32,000 bases of DNA, from positions 16,234 through 48,233 of the forward strand of contig JAPLKZ010000004.1 in NCBI GenBank assembly GCA_026387835.1. The letters are read 5' to 3'. Position numbers and translations under genes: made by a program. Source of the DNA: Candidatus Saganbacteria bacterium (GTDB taxonomy: Bacteria; Margulisbacteria; WOR-1; JAKLHX01). The notes under the pieces were generated by a model. That model was not told the origin of the DNA. It made no database searches and was given only the letters and a program-made list of their open reading frames with translations. Positions 9,166-17,415 of the stretch are shown one piece after another. Position 1 is the stretch's first letter. Every line of letters starts with the position of its first letter.

Positions 9166-10399
9166 ACAAGGATCCTGCTTCGATCCTCTCCCAGCCGCTG
9201 TAGCCTCTGGATTTGACCCATAACTGCTTTAGTGAAGGGACAGCGACGATCTGGTAAAATGTCGCGTAGATGCTGTCATCCGGGAATGTTGGGCCGCCTA
9301 AGGGAATCGTCGTATCAAGGATATCCATCATCTTCTGGGCATTGATCGATCCTTTATTTGCATTTCCCAGTGCCAGGAGGTTTGCCCTGCGCTCAAGAGT
9401 GTATCCTCCGGCAAGTCCCGCCGCAACTGTCGGAAGCCCGGTCCACCTCGGGTCGACAAAATGATTTGAGGTCGATAAAAGCCCCGGTGTATCTGCACCC
9501 CTTCTCTTGCCTCCGTAGGTCGCCCATTCATAAGAAAAAGCATCATTTGTACCGGCGGCGTTTATGATCAGTCCCATATTGGTCTGTGTGGCATCAAAAG
9601 CCGCATTGATGCCGTCAAGTGTGCTTTGCTCCAGCATGACAGAAAAAAGCTTCATCGAAGTCGGGATCATCGAAGGATCTGTATGAGGATCGGATACCTG
9701 GCCGTTCTGCAGGTCGATGAAAAGTCCCGCATCGTTCAATAGTGTCTGCGGGGCTATCGAGCCGAGATAGTTGATGTCTACGACGCTGTGGCTGTATCCC
9801 GTCGGATTGTAGACGACGACCGTCACGTATTTTGAAAGGTTTGAAAAAGGCCCCTTTGCCGTATCCCAGTTCCTGCCGAATACGAGCGCTCCGTCAGTCG
9901 TGTAGTCCCCCCATGCGGCGATGCCTGAACACCCGAACAGCATGCCCATGAGCCCGGATACTATCTTCTGTTTTTCAAGGCCCAGGCCTGAAGTCTCGGC
10001 CATGCCGTTGATCAGGTCTTTCATGTAATCGTACTGGACATCATATTCCACCTGCCCCATGGCGGCCACAGCCTCATAAGAGGCGCCGTGCGCCGTAAAA
10101 TAATCCATCCCATTCTGGTATATTTCGGCAAGCATGGTCCTTGTAAGGAAGCCGTACTGCATGCCCATTTCATAAAAAGTCCCCTTCAGCTGCACTACAT
10201 ATAATTGGTTGACTCCCGGGGCCGTATTGGTCACATAAAGTTTCCCGTCATCGTACGAAGACACCAGCTGGAGTCCTGGTATCGATGAGGCCCCCGTGTT
10301 AAAAAGATTGCCGCAACCGGAGCACGTCAGCGTAAAAATAAATAAAATGAGAAAGAAAAAAGTTTTTCTGTTCACTTGTTGTATTATTGCGTAATACAT
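9152..10399 (-). CDS. Secreted/lipoprotein Ntn-hydrolase, peptidase C45 (acyl-CoA:6-APA acyltransferase-like) family candidate
   Basis: The N-terminus has a charged n-region followed by a hydrophobic stretch ending LTCSGCG, which reads as a signal or lipobox-like sequence. An internal FGCSGIAAWGDYTTDGALVFGRNWD resembles the Cys-nucleophile and GRNxD pattern of C45/choloylglycine-type Ntn hydrolases. The track start at 10411 is TTG. The ATG at 10399 (MYYAII...) is an equally plausible start. Confidence 0.55.
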   Translation of the reverse strand: MYYAIIQQVNRKTFFFLILFIFTLTCSGCGNLFNTGASSIPGLQLVSSYDDGKLYVTNTAPGVNQLYVVQLKGTFYEMGMQYGFLTRTMLAEIYQNGMDYFTAHGASYEAVAAMGQVEYDVQYDYMKDLINGMAETSGLGLEKQKIVSGLMGMLFGCSGIAAWGDYTTDGALVFGRNWDTAKGPFSNLSKYVTVVVYNPTGYSHSVVDINYLGSIAPQTLLNDAGLFIDLQNGQVSDPHTDPSMIPTSMKLFSVMLEQSTLDGINAAFDATQTNMGLIINAAGTNDAFSYEWATYGGKRRGADTPGLLSTSNHFVDPRWTGLPTVAAGLAGGYTLERRANLLALGNANKGSINAQKMMDILDTTIPLGGPTFPDDSIYATFYQIVAVPSLKQLWVKSRGYSGWERIEAGSLFESR

Positions 10400-10488
10400 A
10401 AATGGTGTCAAGATATTGAAATACTTGATATTGCGGGCGTATAATATTTTGAATGCAATACCAGGAATACAAATATAATAAGAAAATC

Positions 10489-11121
10489 ATGAAGGCCTGG
10501 CTATTTAAGAAAAAAATAACCGCTTTTATTTTCTGCGCTTTATTCCTGACCATGATCGTGACAGGCTGCGGTCAGATAGTGTCAACCACTAGTGAAGGGC
10601 GGGAGTATTTTCCGAATACCGATGGCTTCAGCTGGACCTATCGCAGTCTATCCAGCGCCACAACCGAAGTCTCTATTCTGCGCACCGGCTTTGATGGTTT
10701 CTCGACAGTTGGCAGCCAAATAGTACAGAAACAAAAGAATGAGACTTTCAGAGGTTCACTGATCGAAACCTCGGAAAGCCTGGTCAGAGTAACTGACTCG
10801 GACGTTAAAGACTATGGTTCGCCGGATTATGTGAAAACCCAACCGTCAAACATGCTCGTTTTTCCTCTTTTTGTCGGAGCAAGTTGGTATACCGATGGGA
10901 CCATCGAAACAACCGTTGTAAATAAGGAAGATGTCACAACCCCGGCCGCGAACTACACCAATTGTTTTAAGCTAAGGACAATCAACCCTTCTTCAGCCAG
11001 GATCGTCACCGTAGATATGTGGCTTGCCAAAAACGTTGGCGTTGTTAAGATCCTTATAAACCTGGACATTGGCACTGCCACTCTGATCACCACGATCGAA
11101 CTAACCAGCAAGAACTTCTGA
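10489..11121 (+). CDS. Hypothetical lipoprotein
   Basis: MKAWLFKKKITAFIFCALFLTMIVTGCG is a classical signal peptide with the lipobox VTGC. An upstream in-frame ATG at 10453 is also possible. Confidence 0.65.
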   Translation: MKAWLFKKKITAFIFCALFLTMIVTGCGQIVSTTSEGREYFPNTDGFSWTYRSLSSATTEVSILRTGFDGFSTVGSQIVQKQKNETFRGSLIETSESLVRVTDSDVKDYGSPDYVKTQPSNMLVFPLFVGASWYTDGTIETTVVNKEDVTTPAANYTNCFKLRTINPSSARIVTVDMWLAKNVGVVKILINLDIGTATLITTIELTSKNF

Positions 11122-11286
11122 TGTGAAAGTCATCAAACTTTATTTGCCGACCAGAAAGCAACCCGTCCCGTAAACCAGTGCGTGCGGAACGGCCCCATAC
11201 ATCAGCTTCGCTCAGTGATTTGTGGCGGTTAAATTGCTCATAAGACAGCTATAAGCTGTAAGCTTTAAGCTAAAAAGGAGGTATTT

Positions 11287-11871
11287 ATGCCTAAAAGTGC
11301 AATTATTAAGCAGAGGTTAAAGAATATAGGTGTTGAAAAATCCAACAATCTGATAATTTCAGCCGAAAGTATAGAAGGAAAGATATTTCTGAGCAGAGGT
11401 AGAAAAGTAATACTTGATGCAGATCTTGCATCATTTTACGGGGTATCTACCGGACGTTTAAATGAACAGGTGAAACGCAATATTAAAAGGTTTCCTGAGG
11501 ATTTTATGTTTCAGCTGACCCAGAACGAATACTTATCATTGCAAGATCTTTCTCCCGACTTGATATCGCAAAATGCGATGTCAAGTTATGGCGGCAGGAG
11601 ACATTACCCATTCGTATTTACTGAACAGGGAATAGCCATGCTTTCCGGCATTTTAAACAGCGAACGTGCCATCATGGTCAACATCGCCATTATGCGTGCG
11701 TTCGTGAAAATAAGACAGATAGTTTCTTTTAATAAGGAACTCGCACAAAAGTTTGCCGAGCTAGAACGCACGGTCGACCGTCATGACAAGGATATTATTG
11801 ATATCTTCAGGGCAATAAATAAAATAATAAAAGAAGAACAGAAGCCGAAGGCGAAGTTCGGGTTTATATAG
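11287..11871 (+). CDS. ORF6N (KilA-N-related) domain protein, phage/island-type DNA-binding protein
   Basis: Strong SD (AAAGGAGG) 6 nt upstream. The sequence LDADLASFYGVSTGRLNEQVKRNIKRFPEDFMFQLT ... GGRRHYPFVFTEQGIAMLSGILNSERAI matches my memory of the ORF6N family signature. Confidence 0.8.
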   Translation: MPKSAIIKQRLKNIGVEKSNNLIISAESIEGKIFLSRGRKVILDADLASFYGVSTGRLNEQVKRNIKRFPEDFMFQLTQNEYLSLQDLSPDLISQNAMSSYGGRRHYPFVFTEQGIAMLSGILNSERAIMVNIAIMRAFVKIRQIVSFNKELAQKFAELERTVDRHDKDIIDIFRAINKIIKEEQKPKAKFGFI

Positions 11872-11895
11872 GGGGGATACATCCCTGACTGTGTT

Positions 11896-12450
11896 TCAAG
11901 TATGTTTCTTCCCCTGTGCTATCCTCGGCATCCATCTTGGGACCTGTTCCATGTACTCCGAGTAATCTTTGCCGTATTTATTAAGCAGCAGTTTTTCTTC
12001 ATAGGCCGCGGCATAGTTATACCAGACCGCCGCAACGGCTGTCAGGAAAAAGGAAGCCATAGAAAAAGTGATGATTGACAGTCCCGCATACAGCAATATC
12101 GAACCTAAATATATTGGATGGCGCACATAAGCAAAAGGCCCCTGTCTTATTACCGAAGGGACCTCTCTTGTCTGAACGAAAACAATATTCAGCGCGCTTT
12201 TTGTCAGATATAGCCACAGGCATAACAACAATATCCCGCACAGGGCCCTAAGCAGTAACGGAACGCCTGCTGCAGCGGATGTTGTCATGTGGAGGAAGAA
12301 CGAGTCTGTTATCCATACGATAAGGAACACAATGATCATGGCGACCTGGACAGGATCGTTCAACGGATGCTCACCCGCAAGATCTTTCCTACCGGCCTGA
12401 TCAGATCTGCTATATATCTTTTTAAGCGGACTGTCTTCTGTTGTGTTCAT
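11896..12450 (-). CDS. Isoprenylcysteine carboxyl methyltransferase (ICMT)/phospholipid methyltransferase-family membrane protein
   Basis: Multi-pass hydrophobic protein with GPFAYVRHPIYLGSILLYAG and a C-terminal EEKLLLNKYGKDYSEYMEQVPRWMP, typical of the family. Confidence 0.75.
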   Translation of the reverse strand: MNTTEDSPLKKIYSRSDQAGRKDLAGEHPLNDPVQVAMIIVFLIVWITDSFFLHMTTSAAAGVPLLLRALCGILLLCLWLYLTKSALNIVFVQTREVPSVIRQGPFAYVRHPIYLGSILLYAGLSIITFSMASFFLTAVAAVWYNYAAAYEEKLLLNKYGKDYSEYMEQVPRWMPRIAQGKKHT

Positions 12451-12667
12451 CTCTTTGATTTTACATTAGTGCTCAATGGAGGGCAAGGTTTGACAATGCC
12501 ACCGGATTATATGAAAGCTAGTTTTTTAATTTGGGATTATCATATAACAAAAAAACGCCCTCTGGTGCGAACTCATGCTCAAATGCTTGGTTCGGAACGT
12601 CTGCCTTTTAACAAGGCTCCGACACCTTCAGGCGCAAATAAAATTATAGATCTGCCGCAAATGACTG

Positions 12668-13030
12668 TCAATCAGTATTCTTTGAATATTTGGTAAACAT
12701 ATTTGACGGTACTTTAACCCCGAAAGATTCGTGTTCATATCCCTGTTTGTCCACTCTCGTTAAATACAGGTGAATATGTTTGGTGTTCGATTCAATCGGT
12801 GTAATAGCACCTTTCTGCATAAAACCTTGCGCCATTTTCTCAAATATCTTCTCTTCCTCTTTATCCATAATTTTCTCCTCATTGGCTTTGGGGGGACGCG
12901 CATTTCCCCCATCAATGACTCCCGAAGGAGGCTTGGCAGACCGCTTCCTAACCTTCAAAGCCTTATAATAGTATACAATATTTTTACTAAACTCGATGAC
13001 ATCATTTGCCGGAGGGACGGTTGCCCCCAT
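12668..13030 (-). CDS. Hypothetical small protein (120 aa), last gene of the R-M operon
   Basis: The ATG at 13030 is preceded by AGGGG. The track start at 13036 is TTG. The gene lies ~23 nt downstream of the preceding gene on the same strand. It has a low-complexity Lys/Glu-rich centre and no recognisable domain. Confidence 0.45.
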   Translation of the reverse strand: MGATVPPANDVIEFSKNIVYYYKALKVRKRSAKPPSGVIDGGNARPPKANEEKIMDKEEEKIFEKMAQGFMQKGAITPIESNTKHIHLYLTRVDKQGYEHESFGVKVPSNMFTKYSKNTD

Positions 13031-13053
13031 TTGCAACCCCTAACCGTTCATTT

Positions 13054-14085
13054 TCATTTGGCACTATTCAACCCTCCTCTTCCTGCTGCCTGATATAACT
13101 CCTGAAATGTAAAACTTCTTGCACCCATAGCCCCATGTATTCCAAGTTTCCCCTTAGATATTGGCGTCAGAAATGCCTGGAATGGTTCCCCTAATAACAA
13201 GATCATCAATTCAGGGCTTCTGGTTTCATTGTATATTTCCTTTACAGCTTCTTTGTATTTATTGTGCCCTTTAGACTTTAAATATTCTTTTATTCCACTT
13301 CTTCTTAATACCTGAATATCTAATATTGGCGCTATCCAGGCTATTCCCGGCTCTATTTTTATCATTGATCTTTCTGCGAAGTCCTTTGGTGCACGACCAG
13401 TTAAATATGGAGCAAAATACATATTCCCCTGAGCCGACTTGAAGAATTTTGTTTGACTTTTATAAATATGATACTTAAAGAACAATTCAACTGAATCACC
13501 TTGTAGATCCCTCACATATACTTCCTTACGTTTTTTACTGCTCATATTATTTACCTCCATATAATTTTTAAATTCTTTTGCTATGTAATAAGCTGATTCA
13601 TCGATCGCTTTTGAGCTTTTGAATCTTAACAATTTAACGAATTCCTTATGAATGTCACTCCATGTAACATATTTTATCTCAACTCTCTTGGGAAGGCCCT
13701 CTTTAATATCTCGAATCCAACTCGTTGATTTATAAGAACCGTAATCGAGTAAATATAATGTCGTTCTTTTTTTACTTTTAACAATATTTTTAATATATCT
13801 TGCAATTTGTCTTTTCCTTTGTTTAAAATCGAGCTTTGCCTCAATGATGATATTTCTTCTGTCGGTCTCCATCACGATATCGTAGCGATCACTCTTTTGT
13901 GCGAAGTGCTCAATTCTTATCTTTATTATATGTTCTCTCTTTTCAAGAAAGATATTACCAATGCGATCTGGGAACATTTTTATAAAATATGCTATATAAG
14001 CGGTTAAGTTCGTCTCCTTCAGCTCACTTACTGCTGAAAAGAAGTTGTTTATATTTTCGGAGCCTCTTGTAAGTTCAATCGGCAT
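13054..14085 (-). CDS. Hypothetical protein with an N-terminal PD-(D/E)xK nuclease-like motif and an unknown C-terminal domain
   Basis: Its ATG at 14085 overlaps the hsdR stop (14075-14077) by 11 nt. The motif YDIVMETDRRNIIIEAKL gives a D...ExK spacing typical of restriction-endonuclease-fold proteins. The C-terminal ~150 aa are unassigned. Confidence 0.6.
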   Translation of the reverse strand: MPIELTRGSENINNFFSAVSELKETNLTAYIAYFIKMFPDRIGNIFLEKREHIIKIRIEHFAQKSDRYDIVMETDRRNIIIEAKLDFKQRKRQIARYIKNIVKSKKRTTLYLLDYGSYKSTSWIRDIKEGLPKRVEIKYVTWSDIHKEFVKLLRFKSSKAIDESAYYIAKEFKNYMEVNNMSSKKRKEVYVRDLQGDSVELFFKYHIYKSQTKFFKSAQGNMYFAPYLTGRAPKDFAERSMIKIEPGIAWIAPILDIQVLRRSGIKEYLKSKGHNKYKEAVKEIYNETRSPELMILLLGEPFQAFLTPISKGKLGIHGAMGARSFTFQELYQAAGRGGLNSAK

Positions 14086-17056
14086 TCTTCGTCACCTTTT
14101 TACTTACATAATCGAACAATTTCTGATTAACATATTCCTTCAAATCAATATTAGAGTCAAGCTTTTTATAGAAATCAAAATGCTGATTCAACATATTGAT
14201 CAGCTCCTGTTGAAAGATTTCATCAAACTTTATCTTTGCTACATCACGGGCATTGTTTTGTATGGATCCGCTCAATGATTCATTGTCTAATAGCTTTTTC
14301 CCTAAATTGTTCAATATAACCCTATCGTCTGTGCTAAAAGTTGTCCCAAATTTATCGTTAATATCCTTAATGATCCTCGAAAGCATGTCCAATTCATCCT
14401 GAGATTTGCCTCGCCCTGCTCCTTCAATTGGCCTGATCAACCCCTGTTCATCTTCAAGGAATATCCTGGTTTCTTTATCTTTGATGACCTTATATGATTC
14501 CATGTCAATACTTTGAAGTATTTCCCATGGAAGAGGATTCTTCCTCGCCGGCAATTTCTTATACAGATTCCTAAGAAAGATATAAAGTTTCTCAAGCCTC
14601 GTATCCTCAAAGGTTATTATTTGCGCGATAAACGCGTATTTTCTTATATAATCAATGAACTTGACGCGCATATCATCCTGTTCCTCCGGCAGATAATGCG
14701 CAAATCTCTCCGCAACAACATCAAGGAAACTGTTTAATTGGGCCGGACTTTTTCCTAGATAAAGCAACTCCACAAAGTTATCAATCTCGGCTTCGCTAAA
14801 TAGCCTGAAATTTAATATATCTCTTTGCAGATCGTGTAATAAATTGGGGTCCGTAGATTCCGAAAGGACGGTTGACACATAATAGGGCTGAAAAGATTCT
14901 TTAATATCGTCAGTATCGTTGACGAAATCCAGGACAAATACCTCATCTTTGTTAGGACATACCCTGTTTAATCGGCTTAATGTTTGCACAGCGTTTACTC
15001 CGCCAAGCTTTTTATCAACATACATAACCGAAAGCAGAGGTTGATCAAAGCCCGTTTGGAACTTATCCGCGCATATCAAGAATTTATATTCAGATTTTTT
15101 GAACTCTTCAGCCGTGTTCTTTTCAGGGATGCCGCCGTTCATCTGTTGTTCGGCATATTCAAGCTTACCGTCCTTCACCTTTCCCGAAAATGCCACCAAA
15201 GCTTTAAAGGGGTATCCTTTTTCTTTCAAATATTTATCCATGGCGATTTTAAATCGCACTGCATGCAGTCTCGATCTTGTTACTATCATTGCTTTTGCGT
15301 TGCCGTTTATCTGATGTGAAATATTTTTGGCAAAATGATCGGATATTATCGAAACCTTCTTATTTATTGCGTGCTCATGCTTCTCAACATAATTTAGAAG
15401 CATGCGCTGAGCTTTTTTCTTTTCATATTCAGGATCGTTCTCAATCTTCTTAATCAATGAGAAATAGACCTGGTATGTCGTGTAATTTTTTAACACATCA
15501 AGGATAAAGCCCTCCTCGATCGCCTGTTTCATCGAATAAAGACTAAAAGGATAGAATTTATTGTCAACAGGGCTCTTATCGCCGAAAACCTCAAGTGTCT
15601 TTTGTTTTGGAGTGGCTGTAAAGGCAAAAAAGCTTATTGTATTGGATTTTGATCTTCTTCCCCGCATTTCTTTGAGGATCATGTCTTCAAGTGTTTCTTC
15701 TTTGCTTGTATCATCCTCTCTTTCCGCCTCTTCCAGGGTCTCTTCTTCGTTTTCTTTACCCGAAGATTTGAGCACTATTTTCAGCCCTTTTGAGCTTTCT
15801 CCGCTTTGGGAGGAATGGGCTTCGTCAATTATCACGGCAAACTTTTTCCCGGGCAATTCATCGACAACTCCAACGATGAAAGGGAATTTTTGCAATGTTG
15901 TAGTTATAATCTTTTCACCGGCTTCAAGTGCTTCCTTTAATTCTTTTGAACCTTCTATTATCGGCTTTACCACACCGGCTGTCTGTTCAAACTGCATTAT
16001 TGTATTGCGCAGCTGCCTGTCTAAGACTCTTCTGTCTGTAACAACTATTACAGAATCAAATACTTTCTGATCTTCGCTATTGTGAAGCGCGGAAAGTCGG
16101 TGAGCTGTCCATGCGATCGTATTGCTTTTTCCGCTTCCCGCACTATGCTGGATTAGATAGTTTTTGCCAGCCCCGTTTTCTCTTGAATCCGCCACAAGCC
16201 TTTTAACCGTATCCAGCTGATGATATCTTGGAAAAATTAATGTCTCTTCCGTATATTTTTTGCCTTTTTGGTCTTCCTTCTCATCCTTTTGAATGTTCAC
16301 GAACCGGCCTACGAGCTCAAGAATGCTATCAGGAGATAACACTTCTTCCCAAAAGTAATGCGTTTTATATTTGCCTTCCGCGACAGGGTTTCCGGCGGAA
16401 TTATTATTGCCCTTATTGAATGGCAGGAATCTGGTCCTTAATCCCTCGAGCTTCGTTGTCATAAATACGACCTCAGTATCAACCGCGAAATGAGTCAGGC
16501 ATCGTTTGAATGAAAGAAGCTTTTCTCTCGGATCACGGTCTGTTTTGTACTGCATTATGCCATTCTTTACCGATTGGCCCGTCAACTGATTCTTGAGTTC
16601 TATCGTGAATATGGGCAATCCATTAATAAAGATCACCATATCTATTGAATTTTCGTTCTTTTCACTATATTTCAATTGCCGGACAACACTAAAGATGTTG
16701 GAATTATACTTTTGCAGTGTCTCTTCATTCAGCTTTGTTTCCGGCTTGAAATACGCGAGGTCAAATTTAATCCCATGATCATTTATTCCGCTGCGGAGCA
16801 CTTCCAATATCCCCCGCGCCCTTATTTCCTCGTCCAACCTCTTAAAAAACCGATTTTCCGCATCTTCCCCATGCTGATCAAGCAGTTTCTTCCATTCTTT
16901 ACTCTGTGTTTTCTTGATAAACCCGATGACTGTATCTTTGTCAAAACAAATCGCTTTATCAAAGTCGCCTGGTTTCAGTTTGCAATATGACTGGCTACTA
17001 ATAAGATGTTTTTCAATAAATTCTTCGAAACCGAGTTCTTTTGTATTAGTTATCAT
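14075..17056 (-). CDS. hsdR: Type I restriction endonuclease, R subunit
   Basis: 993 aa. The N-terminal nuclease motif is DMVIFINGLPIFTIELKNQ. Helicase motif I is HSAGSGKSNT and motif II is VIIDEAHSSQSG. It sits in one operon with hsdM and hsdS. Confidence 0.93.
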   Translation of the reverse strand: MITNTKELGFEEFIEKHLISSQSYCKLKPGDFDKAICFDKDTVIGFIKKTQSKEWKKLLDQHGEDAENRFFKRLDEEIRARGILEVLRSGINDHGIKFDLAYFKPETKLNEETLQKYNSNIFSVVRQLKYSEKNENSIDMVIFINGLPIFTIELKNQLTGQSVKNGIMQYKTDRDPREKLLSFKRCLTHFAVDTEVVFMTTKLEGLRTRFLPFNKGNNNSAGNPVAEGKYKTHYFWEEVLSPDSILELVGRFVNIQKDEKEDQKGKKYTEETLIFPRYHQLDTVKRLVADSRENGAGKNYLIQHSAGSGKSNTIAWTAHRLSALHNSEDQKVFDSVIVVTDRRVLDRQLRNTIMQFEQTAGVVKPIIEGSKELKEALEAGEKIITTTLQKFPFIVGVVDELPGKKFAVIIDEAHSSQSGESSKGLKIVLKSSGKENEEETLEEAEREDDTSKEETLEDMILKEMRGRRSKSNTISFFAFTATPKQKTLEVFGDKSPVDNKFYPFSLYSMKQAIEEGFILDVLKNYTTYQVYFSLIKKIENDPEYEKKKAQRMLLNYVEKHEHAINKKVSIISDHFAKNISHQINGNAKAMIVTRSRLHAVRFKIAMDKYLKEKGYPFKALVAFSGKVKDGKLEYAEQQMNGGIPEKNTAEEFKKSEYKFLICADKFQTGFDQPLLSVMYVDKKLGGVNAVQTLSRLNRVCPNKDEVFVLDFVNDTDDIKESFQPYYVSTVLSESTDPNLLHDLQRDILNFRLFSEAEIDNFVELLYLGKSPAQLNSFLDVVAERFAHYLPEEQDDMRVKFIDYIRKYAFIAQIITFEDTRLEKLYIFLRNLYKKLPARKNPLPWEILQSIDMESYKVIKDKETRIFLEDEQGLIRPIEGAGRGKSQDELDMLSRIIKDINDKFGTTFSTDDRVILNNLGKKLLDNESLSGSIQNNARDVAKIKFDEIFQQELINMLNQHFDFYKKLDSNIDLKEYVNQKLFDYVSKKVTKNAD

Positions 17057-17415
17057 TAGCCCACATCCAAAGGATGATAATTTTGCTTATTAATACCTTT
17101 CAATTGAGTATTCAGCTTGCTTCTTTCGTCTGCTGACATATTATCAATCCACACACCAAATTTAATCCTACTAACAGTAGAATTCTTATTATCTCGATTT
17201 ATGTCCCCGCCTGCTTCAACAAACTGCAATACTTTCACCCCTGCCTTCCCGGACTTTGAGGTTGTTTCTTCAACTGATACCGCAATATCAAATTCTACAT
17301 GTCGATTTTCTGGACTTCCGTATATTTCGATTATTTGATGTGCTTCTATTGTAGCCTCCTTAACTGCCGAAGTTATATCCACTAGCACTTTCTTGATAAA
17401 TTCTTTAAGTTCCAT
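17056..17415 (-). CDS. Small protein (119 aa) resembling the trypco2-type (trypsin-co-occurring domain 2) conflict-system domain
   Basis: It overlaps the upstream gene by 11 nt, and its stop overlaps the hsdR ATG (TAATG). The layout is an N-terminal helix (LKEFIKKVLVDITSAVKEA) followed by VEFDIAVSVEETTSKSGKAGVKVLQFVEAGGD...STVSRIKFGV. That matches my memory of trypco2. The assignment is not verified. Confidence 0.5.
   Translation of the reverse strand: MELKEFIKKVLVDITSAVKEATIEAHQIIEIYGSPENRHVEFDIAVSVEETTSKSGKAGVKVLQFVEAGGDINRDNKNSTVSRIKFGVWIDNMSADERSKLNTQLKGINKQNYHPLDVG

Noticed and set aside
8233-9567. Plus-strand and alternative-frame ORFs (8233..8418, 8419..8799, 8627..9016, 8806..9051, 9270..9464, 9328..9546, 9358..9567).
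   Set aside because: They are all nested in the two long minus-strand genes of a GC-richer segment where stop codons are rare in every frame. Their products are Arg/Pro/Ser-rich with no SD sites.
11119-11145. Hairpin TGATG-N7-CATCA followed by a T-rich stretch after the lipoprotein gene, considered as a terminator.
   Set aside because: The 5-bp AT-rich stem overlaps the stop codon and has low predicted stability.
12549-12569. Possible Rho-independent terminator of the R-M operon on the minus strand (CGCACCAGAGGGCG followed by seven U).
   Set aside because: The stem has only 3-4 interrupted base pairs, which is too weak to call. The U-run alone is not evidence.
12589-12598. GGTTCGGAAC, reminiscent of a tRNA T-arm, in the 217-bp non-coding gap. 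I considered it as a possible tRNA-type att site.
   Set aside because: The flanking bases do not form a T-stem, acceptor stem or anticodon arm on either strand.
12289-12696. 135-aa plus-strand ORF spanning the ICMT gene start and the downstream intergenic region.
   Set aside because: Its first half is antisense to the well-supported ICMT-family gene. It has no SD and an implausible composition.
14513-16990. Plus-strand ORFs inside hsdR (14513..14737, 14984..15319, 15561..16070, 16676..16990 and others). Similar antisense ORFs occur inside hsdS/hsdM (18451..19070, 19421..19879, 20014..20280).
   Set aside because: They are antisense to genes with unambiguous Type I R-M motifs. Their products are low-complexity Ser/Phe/Leu-rich translations.
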